Positions 24,701 to 38,178 of a stretch of DNA of 64,000 nt are shown here, piece after piece. The stretch covers positions 144,894,001 through 144,958,000 of the forward strand of contig NC_042998.1 of the NCBI RefSeq assembly GCF_006345805.1, in the 5' to 3' direction. Positions within the stretch are counted from its first letter, which is position 1. Each line of letters opens with the position of its first letter. The DNA comes from Octopus sinensis. Taxonomy: Eukaryota. The translations under genes and the position numbers were made by a program. Below the pieces are notes generated by a model. It was not told the DNA's origin. It saw nothing but the letters and a program-made list of their open reading frames with translations, and did no database searches.

Positions 24701-25929
24701 AAAAACAAGAATGCTTCTTGGAATATCTACAATGTGAATTTTGGGTTTCCAAGCTGGAATATTTAACAGAGATATTTGCACAACTTAGTAGCGTCAACAC
24801 AAGTATGCAAGGTAGAGATGAAAACATTCTCACTTCGGCATAAGTTGGTTTCATTAAAAAGAAAGTTGTAATTTAGAGAAATAGAGCTGAAGGTGGTAAT
24901 TTCAAAATGTTTCCCTTAATATGTAAAAGCTTTATAAAGGAAACAATTCCTATTGTATCTTAACATTTGACAAATCTGGAAGAAAAAATAAAATTTTATT
25001 TTCTGTCATTGAACACAGAAGTGTATGAAGGGGTTCAGAATCCTTTCATAAAAATTCCATCTAATAATGGTCAGAAAATATGTGAAGAAGAGGAATTGGC
25101 ATCTATATCCAGTGATCACAGACTTAAAAATCAAGTATGATTGATATATTTTGGATTGCTACTATAGGAGATATCTGTCAGTAGCAAAAAAAGCCTTATC
25201 CATTTCAATACAATTTTTCACATCATATTTATGTGAGTTGGGATTTTCAACCCTCAATAACATCAAATTCCCAAAAAAAGTGAGGCTCTGTTGCATTGAA
25301 GAAGAAATGAAGGTTTATCTTTCTCAAATATGTCCCAATATTGAAAGTGTTTCCAAAAAACATTAAGCACATGTTTCTCCTTGATAACATTGCTTCATAT
25401 ATAGAATGAAGAGTAAGTACATGCAGTTTTTCTATATTTTTAATTATATATTACTTTATAGTTTATGCTAATATGTATAAAACCCCTTTTGAATAAATTT
25501 AAGAATTTATGTACAAAGTGCACCAAAATACATATTTCTTGTAAGGTGTGCCATGAGTAAAAGTTTGGGAACTACTGGCATAGGCAGATACCAAACTAGT
25601 ATAGGATTATATTTTTAAAGTGAGAAAGCACCGTGTGCACATCAGACAGTCTCACTTGCTCACAATTTGTCCAGTGGCAAGATGAAGTCAAGACAACTAA
25701 GCTTGTATGAAAATGCAGGGGATTGTCAAAATTACTTAAATAATATTTAGACATTGCAACATCATCTACATTGGTTTGTATCAAGGCTATAAAACATCAT
25801 TCCAGATGTTTGCCCAACATCACGGCTTGTAAGTATGACAGTATATTGCTGCCTGCACCAGTTTCCCCCATTGGTATACTGTGTCATTTTCAAAACTGTG
25901 AAGATGCAAGTTACTTATTTCTTTGGGAC

Positions 25930-26875
25930 CTAATTTGAATGAAATACAGACATGCCACTAACAATATGGGTCATGACTGCTGAGGACATGCATAGGCTTG
26001 AAAGAAATGAAGCTAGTATGATCTGCTGGATGTGTAATGTCAGTGTGCATACACAACAGAGTGTGAGTGCCCTGAGAGAAAAGTTGGACATAAGAAGCAT
26101 CGTCAAATGTAGTGTGCAAGAGGGACGACTGTGCTGGTAGGATCATGTGTTACGTATGGATGAGGACAGCTGTGTGAGGAAGTGCCACACCCTAACTGTG
26201 GAAGGAACCTGTGGAAGAGGTAGACCCAGGAAGACATGGAATGAGGTGGTGAAGAATGACCGTCGAACATTGGGCCTTACAGAGGCAACAACAGGAGACC
26301 AAGACCTTTGGAGATTTGCTGTGATTGAGGAGACCTGGCAACTAAAGTGAGACTGCAGTCATGGCCGATACCAGTGTTGCATGTCCAGCCCATTTAAAAT
26401 ACCCTTGATGCGCTGGGCGATATGATATGCTTGAGAAGACCTGTTGAGTCAAGTAAAACCAAAATCATAGCTGTGGTCAGTGCCCGCTGACTGGCTCCCG
26501 TGCTGGTGGCATGTAAAATGCACCATCTGAATGTGGTCAATGCCACGACCACCTAATTGACTCCCATGCAAGTGGCACATAAAAAGCACCATCCAAACGT
26601 GGCTGATGCCAGTGCCTCCTAACTAGCTCCTGTACCAGTGACACATAAAAAGCACTATCCAAATGTGATAGCCACCTGATTGGCTCCTGTGCCAGTGACA
26701 CATAAAAAGCACCCACTACACTCTCAGAGTGGTTGGCGTTAGGAAGAGCATCCAGCTGTAGAAACATTGCCAGATCAGATTGGGGCCTGTTGCAGCTGCT
26801 GGCATTCCAGACCTCAGTCAAACTGTCCAACCCATGCTAGCATGGAAAATGGACATTAAACAATGATGATGATAA
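25930..26875 (+). mobile_element. RTE LINE 3' end (ORF C-terminus plus repetitive 3' UTR)
   Basis: RLERNEASMICWMCNVSVH..LREKLDIRSI, LRMDEDSCVRKCHTLTVEGTCGRGRPRKTWNEVV..; ends CATGCTAGCATGGAAAATGGACATTAAACAATGATGATG. Confidence 0.88.
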
Positions 26876-26896
26876 GATATATATATATATATATAT

Positions 26897-27284
26897 GGAG
26901 TGGCTGTGTGGTAAGTAGCTTGCTAACCAACCACATGGTTGCGGGTTCAGTCCCACTGCGTGGCATCTTGGGCAAGTGTCTTCTGCTATAGCCCCGGGCC
27001 GACCAATGCCTTGTGAGTGGATTTGGTAGACGGAAACTGAAAGAAGCCTGTCGTATATATGTATATATATGTATATGTGTGTTTGTGTGTCTGTGTTTGT
27101 CCCCCTAGCATTGCTTGACAACCGATGCTGGTGTGTTTACGTCCCCGTCACTTAGCGGTTCGGCAAAAGAGACCGGTAGAATAAGTACTGGGCTTACAAA
27201 GAATAAGTCCCGGGGTCGAGTTGCTCGATTAAAGGCGGTGCTCCAGCATGGCCGCAGTCAAATGACTGAAACAAGTAAAAGAGT
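26897..27284 (+). mobile_element. Well-preserved tRNA-derived SINE
   Basis: A-box-like TGGCTGTGTGG, B-box-like GGGTTCAGTCCC, the core shared with other copies, a (TA/TG)n linker, and tail ..GGCGGTGCTCCAGCATGGCCGCAGTCAAATGACTGAAACAAGTAAAAGAG; inserted in (TA)n. Confidence 0.85.
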
Positions 27285-29566
27285 ATATATATATATATAT
27301 ATACATACACACACACACACACACACACACATACATACATACACACACGCACATTATAGGACAGTCACTGACTTCCCTAAGCTCAAATGCTTTTTGAAAG
27401 GTCTTATTTTTCATCCAGCAGAGTATCCGAAGTTACCCTCTCACCAAGCAAGCTTGATAGGATTGTCTGTTTAGTCACTGACAAACCTGATCATGCAACA
27501 ATTTGTACTGAGTAACATGTTATCATTAGTGCTCACAAGAGGTCTGATATATACACAACTGTAAATACCACAAATACAGACAAATCATTCTCATTACTTT
27601 ATATCAACATTCTATGCTGACATGGGTTTGACAAAATGCAAGTGACTGAGGGATGTCTTCCTCCAAAGTGTCATTTTTAGCATGATTTCTAGAGCTGAAT
27701 GCCCTTCGTAACACCACCCACTCTATAGAGTGCTCTTTTATGACACCAGCACTGTTGGGGTTGCCTTGCAGATTGTAAAGCAAAAGAGAGCACCACATGA
27801 TGGAAGGAAAAAATTTATTGTGAGAGGATGATAATGGAGAGAATAACAGAGGCAACAGTGTTAGGGTGGAAGTAGGGAGGGGGAATGTAATGTCAGTGCT
27901 TAGTCTGAAGGAGATGGATAGGGATTAGTAATGGAGAGAGTTAAGTAGGCAAACCCCATAATGGGATGGGTCGGCCAGTTTGGGTTGGATGATTTGTTAG
28001 AATCCATGACAATTTTATTGGAGTTACAGAGGCTTGTTGTTGAAGGAGGGTAGGGACACTTATGAAGGAGGACAGGAGAAAAAATGAAAAGCAACCTCAA
28101 GAGGTTAATGCAAGAGTTAGAAAGAGATAAGAGCGGGCAGGGTTGAGTAGGAGAGGTTGTGGTGCTATTTCATGATATACAGGGTAGGTAAAGGTCGCCA
28201 GCATGCAATTCCTTCCAATTCAATCATTATTCATGAGGAAGGTGTGGAAGAAGAATATAAGGGATGGAGGCAAAGGGGAGGGAGATGCTCAATATGCACA
28301 AATCAAGTATTTCCCATAGTTATGTCATGGCATAATGTGTAGAGAAAATGAGAAGATACAGAAAAGGCAGTGGTTAGGATGTGCACACACATATATGAAT
28401 ACTTGTGCATGTATGCACAGACATGTATATATATATATATATATATGAATGAATGAATGTATATGTATACCTTTGTCAATACATCACATGCTGGTTGTAA
28501 ATGAGCATCATTGTCATACAAGCAAGGTTGTGCATTTTCAGTCTTCAGTGAAGAACATGTCTGGCTATAGGAAAACTACCTTGCTTGGAAACAGGAGAGG
28601 GCTGGCAACAAGAATGGCAAGCATCTGTAGACATCTGCCTCAACAAACTCTGTCAGACTCATGCAAACATGAAAAAGTGGACATTAAATGATGATATATA
28701 TGAACACACAAAACAAAACATAACCACATAGTCATAAAACAATATATATGAAAGTGGGTGACAGCGATTTGTTTTTCAATCTCAGCTTAAACCATTCTTC
28801 CACATGACTGTATTATAATGATGAAGCATTCTTCCTTTACCCTGTATTTTGCCATTCACTGTTAAAGTTTCCTTTTTATCAAGTCTAATGACAGCCAAGT
28901 AGATTTCACCATAAAGCATTATGCAAAATGTTTCATAAGCTATTCTATATTCAAATAAACACCATCACTTTTGACAGGTACTAAACTAGAAGATAATATA
29001 AAATATCATTGCAGTTAATGGTCTTTTACACATAGGCTGGACAAAATCTCAGCTACATTTATATACTTGTTGTACATAAAATATCCATTAATTGAAATAA
29101 TAAATTTCATTATACATCTGCATACTGACTACTAGTGCTGCTCATATAATCTTTGTATTCCTAAATATTGGATATAGCCAAATGTCTGATGCTTGGTAAG
29201 TTTCTATCTATAATGGATTGACAGACTGAAAGAATATTGAACACTAAACAGTGAAGCTGAACAGTGTTTTACCCAGAGGAGGCAACAATGGTTCAGGTAA
29301 GGTGTTCAGTTTACCTACTTCAAAGAACAGGTAAATTTATCTCAAAGATGAACACTACAATAAGATCGAAATATTAGTTGGATTTAACATGGCAATATAT
29401 CTTAAAAGATAAGGAACAACTTAAACATATTATGTAGATAAGTGATATATATTCTTGTTCTACTTGAAAATCACTGTTTATCATAAATAAGGAAAGTAGA
29501 TGTTAATACAAAAAGATTATGCTGCTTATTTATTTCTTGCTCGTATTACTAAATAAACTTATTTAA

Positions 29567-31348
29567 TCCTTTAGTGTTTAGACTGGCCAAACCAGCCAAA
29601 AATTATTCCCTTTTATTTGTTTGAACTGGCCAAATCCAACCATATCCAATTTCTCTATGAAATCACTAAAAAAATAAATCACATTATTGAATTCTTGTAG
29701 CTTTGAGATAATATGAGATTAAAGCCTTTCCTGCTTTTATTCAAGTAAAAATATGGTGAAATTTTTGAAACATATTTGAAGAGAAGTATATATCTTAGTT
29801 TTTAACAATATGGCATCAGCAAGTAGCAATTCTGACTACAAAGGTTTTACTCTTGATGATGTACAAAATATAAACGAAAACAACAGTGATTTGTCTTCAG
29901 ACAAATCATACTGACATTTATGAATCTTCGATGGACGAGGAAGATTTTGATAACGGAAGTGATAAAAATAAAGGTGATGAAAATGATATTGTAAAAATTA
30001 TGGCAACATGGTGGAAGATTACTATATCAACCAGAATTCCAGATTTCACAGAAAAGACTAGTTGACAATACAGTCTATCCCCTGATGCTCAACCACTGGA
30101 CTATCTATTTTTAGTGAAAAGTTTTTTTGAAACTGTTGTGGAGGAAACAAATGCTCAATGCATAATTTATATTCGTGAAAGACCCGATCCTCTATGGCAG
30201 CTGATGAGCTTCATTTGCTATAAACATTATGTTTGTTATTAAGCAGCTTCCTTAACTGTGGAACTACTGGAATCCTGATATAAAGTATGGTGATCTATAT
30301 ATCTCCAGTATTATGTCTAACTATAGTTAATGTATACATTGTTTATGCAAAAAGCCACAAGGTGCCTCTGTCACCAAAGGACAACGGCCATTTGAAATTT
30401 TGGGTTGACATTGAAACTCAGTAACATGAGGGTTTTTCTTCCAGAAAGCACAGAAGTGGGGGGGGGGGGCAAAATTAACTGAGGTGGATGTCAAAAGAGA
30501 AAATATTGACTTCCATAAAGCGGAAAAAATAAATGGAAGGAAAAAGTTTGCAGACTGTGTTTGCTGCAAAAAACGAAAAACTGCAAAAGGATATCAGGTT
30601 GAGACCTCATAAATGTGTTCATTTTGCAAAGTGCTCTTGTGTAAAGGATGCTTTGGATAGTTTTACGATAGAAATATAGCACACAACTATATTTTGTTGT
30701 TTGACAGTAATACTATCATAATAATATGTGAAAGTGAGAAATACATATTAATTTTCAGTATGTTACACATTGTATTCACCTTTACCCCACCTGTTAATGA
30801 GCTTTTGCTTTTATTAGATGCATTGTGCGATATAAATGTATTCATTAAATTGCATAAGAGTACATAGCCAATGGTATATTGACTAGTAAATGAGTTTTGT
30901 CCTTTATTTTCAATGAAAATATTTGAATGAAATATAGAGAAAGAAAAAAATCTTGCACTGATTATACCTGAATTTTAATTCAAATTAATGTACCTCATCT
31001 TGAAAAGTGGCATGATTGTTGGCAGTTGTCATCTGGGATAATTTTACTAACAAATTAAACAGGTAAGAAGCATTAAGGATTTCAGTTTAATGTTTATCCA
31101 TAAGGTTGTTGCTTTTACACCTGTTAATTAAATTTACCTGCCCATAAAAGTCAAATTTAATCAGCAAGATCAGCTAAAATTACATAACTATAAACCACTG
31201 GTATATAAACACCCACTGACAAAATTTCAAATCTCTATGTAAAAAGTTAAAGTTACAAGCAAATATTGTGGATACTCTTGAACCTGAATAATTCAAAATA
31301 ATGTGAACAAATAAGCCATACATTTGAGATTATCTGAACACTAAAAGG
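29567..31348 (+). mobile_element. Internally deleted piggyBac element
   Basis: TTAA-TCCTTTAGTGTTTAGA ... TCTGAACACTAAAAGG-TTAT termini. Acidic N-terminal remnant (SSMDEEDFDNGSD), FETVVEETNA, and a degenerate C-terminal Cys-rich domain (DCVCCKKRKTAKGYQVETS..C). Confidence 0.8.
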
Positions 31349-34300
31349 TTATGGTATAATTGTCACATCTCAATGTCTTCTCAAACTGTCCTTAAATATA
31401 TGTTCTTATGGCAAAATATCTATGACTGAGTTTAAATCTCACCATGGTTGACACTGACTTTATCCACTCTAGAGTAAACAAATCATTAATCAGTACTGAA
31501 GTTCATTTAATTTCAGTCCTATCAAAATGTTTAGCATTTTTTTTTAACTTGTGAGGTTTAAAGGAGCAGAGTCTAATTAGCTTTGAAGGCCCTCAAAGAC
31601 CAATGAGATCGATGACAGTAATGTTCTTGAACCTTTATAAAGTCAACACATGTACAAGACATATAAGCAAGATAATTCCAGGTAGCCAATGTTCTGGAGA
31701 AGGACTGGACCTAGTGATTAGTGTGAGACCTGGTGAAAGGATGGGGGGTTAAATAAAACAAGGGTGATGGGAGAGGAGATGAGTAAGATGGGAATGTCTG
31801 AATGGAGGCGGCATGAGCCAAACCAGTTCCAAAGAGCTAATATTGGAAATCAATTTTATTATCATTAGGCCATTGAAGTCAAGGCAGTTGTACACTAGAT
31901 GTTTTATATTATTAGATTTAGAATCTTTTATCTTGTTTCAGTCACTGGACTGCAACCAAGCTAGGACACTGCCTTAAAGTTGAATAAATTCACCCCTAGT
32001 ATTTATTCAAGTTTGGTACTCATTCTATTGGTCTCTTTTGTTGAGTTGTAAAACAAGCCTAGGCCAGCCATCAAGCACTGGTTGGAGACAAAAGCAAACC
32101 AAAAGAAGCATGCACATGTGCATGCATGCATACACACACACACACAATGGGTTTTCAGAGTTTCTGTCTACCAAATTCACTCACAAGGCATTGTCTGGTC
32201 TGGAGCTATAGTAAATGACACTTGCCCAAGTTACTGTGCAGTGGGACAGGACTGAACCTAGAACCATGTGGTTGCTAAGTGAGCTTCTTAACCATGTGAC
32301 ATTTTTTTTTAACCAGAACAGTTGACGTCAATATCCAAGAACTTCAACTCTAGCTCATCATTTTATGGTACTGCCTCTATTTATAATTAGAATAATAATT
32401 TATTGAAAACACAACATAGGTAATTTTGTGTTGCATTTTTTTAATGTTATTCAAGGAGTTAAGAAAGAATAAGTAGTAAATGAAGCTTTAAACATTTTTT
32501 TTTAAAAAAAGGCTGTTTTTATCAAAAGGATATAAAAGAAATAAATAATAAAAATACTGTAAAAGAAAATCAAGAATATCTTTCTTTACTAAATCCAAAG
32601 TATATCAAAATTAAAACAAAGACTGAAAACCTAAAACAAATGAAAAAATGACCATTCAATTAGACACACAACATCTTATTTTCAATTTTAAAGCATTGTT
32701 TGAATATAAAATTTAAGTGAATGTAACATGAAAGAGTCCATTAAATGAATTAAAAATTATATTGTAAAATACTGGGAAGCTTTTCCAGAAAAAAATTATT
32801 ATAAAAACACAGCTATAGTAGTGAGGTTAAAATAGAAATCCAAATCCCAAATTTACTAACAACTTGTTTTTAGAAAAAAAATTGTTTGTACAAGATTTTC
32901 ATTCAGTAAAGACATGAAATGTCTTGATTTTTTTTTTAAGCAGTGGTAGTGGTGGTGTTAAATCAGTATCTATGAAATTGGAAATTTTAACATCATATGA
33001 TTTAATAGTTAAAGTTGGTACATTATCAACTCCAACACCAGTAGCCCAATAATTGTTTTTGATTAACACCACCTGTTTCAAATCCTGTTAAGTCTACCAT
33101 AAATGAAGAGCTCATTAAGTAAAATAGGATTTATATAATGAGTCAAATTAATATATTATATAATACCCAAATGTTACATAAGAAATTAATATTACAGAAC
33201 AATATACATATCAAAAGCATTCTTAAAACAAAGTCTTCAGAATATCAGACATGATTCAAAATTAAAATACAGGAACAATAATTACCTACCCACAATTAGA
33301 CTATTGGGAGTGGGCAGACAAAAATTTGTGTATATATCATCATCCTTTAATGTCCGTTTACACACACACACACACACACATATATATAATAGATCTTAAA
33401 AATAAATGAAACATTTGGAAATATTCAGTGAAATTGTATGTCTTCCTTCATAATGTATCGTATGGTAAAGGAAACACAGCCAACTGTCTAACCACTACCA
33501 CTAATGCAACCAACCTCTAAGGAGTTTTGGAAATTTGTAATCTACTTTTTTTTTTATTTCTTTATTTATTATAAATAAACTTCCATAGTCTTGTCACTCA
33601 ACAGAAGACACATAATTAACTATATCAACTGGAGGCATTCAGATGAAAAAGTAAACTTATTTCAGCTCTGATAATTGGTATGCAAGATTTTTATGTGATA
33701 AAAATACCTGTCTGCCAACAGTTGTTATACAAATGATATTTGAAGCAGATAAGTTTTTCCCATCATTTAATGAACAACACATTCTGGAAGCAAGAGAAAG
33801 TGTTCAGTTTTAGTTTACAGCAAGAAATTTCATGTCAGTCCTGTTAGCTACAGTAACATCAAAACAGGAAACTATGAATTTTATTGAAGAAAATTGTTTA
33901 TTTACAGAAGGTTTGACAGTCTTGTTTTAGAGCATAAATCTTTATTGAAATGAAAAGCAATGCTAACACAGGAAATATTTCAACAACAGACAAATTTATC
34001 ACTGGCAAGTATCAGTTCTTATGTTCTTATATTCATAATCCAACCACTTTCAACCCACAAATTCTTATAACTTATGTGAACTTTTAAACTGAAAAACAAT
34101 TTTGTTACACTGATAAAAAAATAGAAAAAAATTATTCATGGGTGCATGGAGAACAATGTGAATCCAATAATAATGTATCTATTCATTCTTAATATGTTCC
34201 AGCAGATTTGAATATGAATATCTGATTGATGCTGTTGATGATCATTGAAGAATGCCTTTTCCATTTAGATAATGCGCATTCACAACACATTATTCACTGA

Positions 34301-35555
34301 TATAGCAAATTGCATGTATTATAAATGCACTTTGTCAAAAGGATCAAGCTTTGATGATGGTAAAAAAGAGCCATCAGATATTTACATTTGAATCTTCACT
34401 CACAAGGCTTAGGTTGGCCCCGAGTTGTAGCAGAAGATACTTGCCCAAAGTGCTATGCAGTGGAACTGAACCTGAAACTATGTGGTTGGGAAGTAAACTT
34501 CTTAACCACACATTCACACTTGCACCTAGATACATTGCTGAAAAGATTTTCAGTTTTAAGAATAATTTTGGTACTTCTAGAAATACATCTATTTACCTTA
34601 ATCTAAGTAGCTTTTTTATATTTTTTAATATTAATCATGTAATTGTAGAATGTTACCTTCCATCATAGTAACTGCCATTTAAAATGTTAGCCCCACCCAA
34701 ACAGTAAGACTCAGCATCATTATATGGCACACCTACATATACTTCTGATTGTTATCGACAATCCACTTTATGCTGTCACACCCGTACCAGCCTATTTAAG
34801 TGACTGCATTTATTTACTACTTAAAAATAAGAATCTACCAATCTGATACAAAGGAACAAGATGCCCAAGCTGATATTAGTATAATCAACCAATTTGAATG
34901 GAAACAAAACATAATTCTAATACACTATGCTCAGACTTCATTATTTATTGTATTTATTCATGTATAATATATACATTTTCCCCCAGATTTTTAAATTAGG
35001 AATGTGCACTGTACATGTAAACTAAATGATACACATTTCCCACTATTTCAAGAGTGTGGCCACATGTGGTACAGTGGAAGTTAATTAACACTTACTGTTC
35101 AGGCTAATGAACTATCTTACACTATCTTACATTTTCTATGATAGTGCTAAAACCATATATATTTACTAGCTGAATTGATTTGATTTGATGGAGCCGTTTG
35201 AGAATGCATTGGGAACAGACAAAGAAACAAAGAATTTTATATAGATATAGCAGGTTGGAGGCCACTTAAACAAGAGAGTATGAAAAACTGCCTGTAACTT
35301 ATCAAGCAAATGTTGATCTAGGTTTAAAATTCACAGTATAGATAAACACATACTCAACTCCTTATCTACTAGACACACAAATGGAATGATGTACTATAGA
35401 GCAGGTTGATCATGTCAGTATGCAGTCTACATGAACACTGGTATTGGAGACAACAAACAATAATGCCACACTCAAAAACAAACACCATTGCTTGTGGAGA
35501 ATTTGATTTTGCTACAAAACTAAGTCATCTGTGATGATACATATTATATTGCTCA

Positions 35556-36047
35556 CTAGCAGAAATACCCATCGTTGACTGGGTTCAGAAAGAGGCTCCA
35601 AAAATTATACCCTGATTTATGAAAGTTACTGCTTTGATATTACTGAATGTTTTGTAGCGGAATATCCGCAAGCTCTTATTGCCAAGTTTCGGCCCCAAAA
35701 GTTATATTTTACTAATGGGTCTGCTGATAGTCAGTCTCTTCAGCTGCTTCTCTTTTCCTATGCTGAGATTGCTTAGGTAGTTCAAATCTCATTTTTTTCG
35801 CAGGCATTGTAGTAGGGTGAATTAATCTATAAGACAGGGGACTTAGCTCGTGTTAGCAAACTTACAAATTTCACCAACATGAAAATTGGTAAAAGGGTGC
35901 CTCAGGAAAAATAAGTTGACAAAAGCACAGCCATGATCGTGACCAATGTCCTCCTAAAATTTGAGTGACATGCATGCTAATTTGTGGACATGCATAAAGT
36001 ACATTCACGTATGTACACACACACATCCTGCCTTTTATAGATATAGA
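35556..36047 (-). mobile_element. Non-autonomous Helitron (492 bp)
   Basis: Minus-strand 5' TCTATATCTATAAAAGGCAGG, 3' hairpin ACCCA-GTCAACGA-TGGGT followed by ATTTCTGCTAG; inserted between A and T, no TSD. Confidence 0.8.
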
Positions 36048-36169
36048 TATTTGTCTCGACTTTTCATCTGTAGACTGAAAGATTTGTTGACAGATAAGAT
36101 GAAAAAAATTCACTTGTATTCCTGAGAGAAAAGGGAAACTAGAAACAAAACTGAGCAATATAAGGGGGG

Positions 36170-37000
36170 GAGGGGTGTGTTTTTGAAATCAAGTTATGAC
36201 ACTGGCTTTAAGTTATGTGTTATTGAATATGCTGAAGAGCATGGAAATAGCAGCAAAGAGAGAAAGAGAGAGAAAGCTTTGAATGGTGGAAAACTTACTG
36301 AGGGACTAACAAGGAAAAGAAACAGTCAAGAAAATGATAAAACAAAATGTGTTAAACTGTTTCTCCATACAAGAACGTGGATCAAGATTTATATACCTAG
36401 CGATATGAGTTACAAATGGATTTGTTGCATGGCTATCAGATACAAGTAAATAGATTACACAAAGTCCTACATTTTAACTCCATACAAATGAGCTTCATGA
36501 ACAGAGTTGGGGCCAGAATTATGCCAGCAAACCAACAACAAATTTATACATCGATTTTTAATGAGAGGCATTGAAATCAATTCAGAAATGCTTTTCATTC
36601 TAATCAATGTTTTAAAAATTTATACATTTATATATACAAGATAGCACCGTGCTGTTAAACTGTGTACTAATCAGCTCTAAAAAGCATTGTATAATCCTCC
36701 AAGAGATCGATGTTAGTAGAAGTATAGTGGTCTTCAGGTTAAATATAGCTCAAAAGTATGACCAATACACAATATTTAAAAGAATATTCCACTTTCAATC
36801 AAACTATATGCAGGTACAAGGAAAATCTATCCAACGTCAAAGAATCAAGTTCTTTTCAACATCTTTTGCCAAGAACACGTGTTGACTTGGATATATAAAA
36901 GAAATAAAAACACTTTAATTGCATTGGTATATACATATTCTTGTATTTTCTTCCAAAATTATGGTCTCCAAACTTGCAAGTACTTTTTCTGTTCAGCCAG
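36170..37000 (+). mobile_element. pogo/POGK-like transposase remnant (Brinker-type DNA-binding domain)
   Basis: KSSYDTGFKLCVIEYAEEHGNSS resembles the BrkDBD start of pogo transposases; the rest is heavily decayed and the boundaries are approximate. Confidence 0.5.
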
Positions 37001-37074
37001 CCGAAGGTAAGACAAAACTATTTTTTAGTATATTTTCCTTTTCTGACCACCCCACTTTATAATAATAATAATCA

Positions 37075-38131
37075 TCATCATCATCATCATCATTTAACGT
37101 CCGCTTTCCATGCTAGCATGGGTTGGACGGTTCAACTGGGGTCTGGGGAGCCCGAAAGCTGCACCAGTCCAGTCAGATCTGGCAGTGTTTCTACAGCTGG
37201 ATGCCCTTCCTAACGCCAACCACTCCGAGAGTGTAGTGGGTGATTTTATGTGCCACCGACACAGGTGCCAGACGAGGCTGACAAACGGCCACGCTCGGAT
37301 GGTGTTTTTATGTGCCACCGACACAGGTGCCAGACGAGGCTGGCAGACGGCCACGCTCGGATGGTGTTTTTATGTGCCACCGACACAGGTGCCAGACGAG
37401 GCTGGCAGACGGCCACGCTCGGATGGTGTTTTTATGTGCCACCGACACAGGTGCCAGACGAGGCTGGCAGACGGCCACGCTCGGATGGTGTTTTTATGTG
37501 CCACCGACACAGGTGCCAGATGAGGCTGGCAAACGGCCACGATCGGATGGTGCTTGTTACGTGCCCACAGCACGGAGGCCAGTCGATGCGGTACTGGCTA
37601 TGGCCACGTTCGGATGGTTTTCTTATGTGCCACGTGCCACCGGCACTGGTACCATTGATGTTCATCTATTTTGATTTGTTTTGATTTGATTTTCACTTGC
37701 CTCAACAGGTCTTCACAAGTGTCACAAGAAGGAAGGTATGCACAGGTGGACTGACTACGTCCCAGGTAGGGGCCATGGGTTATGGCCTGACTAGTCTTGC
37801 CGGGTCTTCGGATGGTGTTTTTATGTGCCACCGACACAGGTGCTAGATGAGGCTGGCGAACGGCCACTATCGGATGGTGTTTGTCATGTGCCCACCGCAC
37901 TGACTACGGCACTGATGGATTTCTTGTGTGCCACAGGCACTGGTACCACAAGATACAAATTCCATTGATGTTCATCTATTTTGTCTATTTTGATTTGATT
38001 TGATTTGATTTTCACTTGCCTCAACCGGTCTTCACAAGTGTCACAAGAAGGAAGGAAGGTATGCACAGGTGGACTGACTAGTCTTGCCGGGTCCTCGGAA
38101 GGTGTTTTTATGTGCCACCGACACAGGTGCC
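37075..38131 (-). mobile_element. RTE LINE 3' UTR with an expanded 62-bp minisatellite and a duplicated block
   Basis: Starts with the reverse complement of the RTE tail (CATCATCATTTAACGTCCGCTTTCCATGCTAGC). Unit ATGTGCCACCGACACAGGTGCCAGACGAGGCTGGCAGACGGCCACGCTCGGATGGTGTTTTT at 37248, 37310, 37372, 37434, 37496. A block at about 37655-37845 is repeated at about 37965-38131. Confidence 0.85.
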
Positions 38132-38133
38132 AA

Positions 38134-38178
<45 letters not shown>

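Larger units (their letters stand above)
24100..25577 (+). mobile_element. 3' half of a second hAT (Buster/ZBED8-like) element, interrupted at 24342-24700
   Basis: LLLHTKVRWLSKGKML..LELQEELHAFFKEE, then after the insertion CFLEYLQCEFWVSKLEYLTEIFAQLSSVNTSMQG, and FFTSYLCELGFSTLNNIK. Right TIR AAGTTTGGGAACTACTG ends at 25577. Confidence 0.85.

Noticed and set aside
37248-37560. CRISPR-like appearance of regularly spaced repeats (also the 363-bp array)
   Set aside because: The units are contiguous with no unique spacers, there are no cas genes, and the DNA is eukaryotic.
37110-37900. Long overlapping ORFs of 100-144 aa on both strands (also 38770-39185)
   Set aside because: They arise from the stop-free 62-bp repeat in an RTE 3' UTR; the translations are periodic and frame-shifting, with no splice or domain support.
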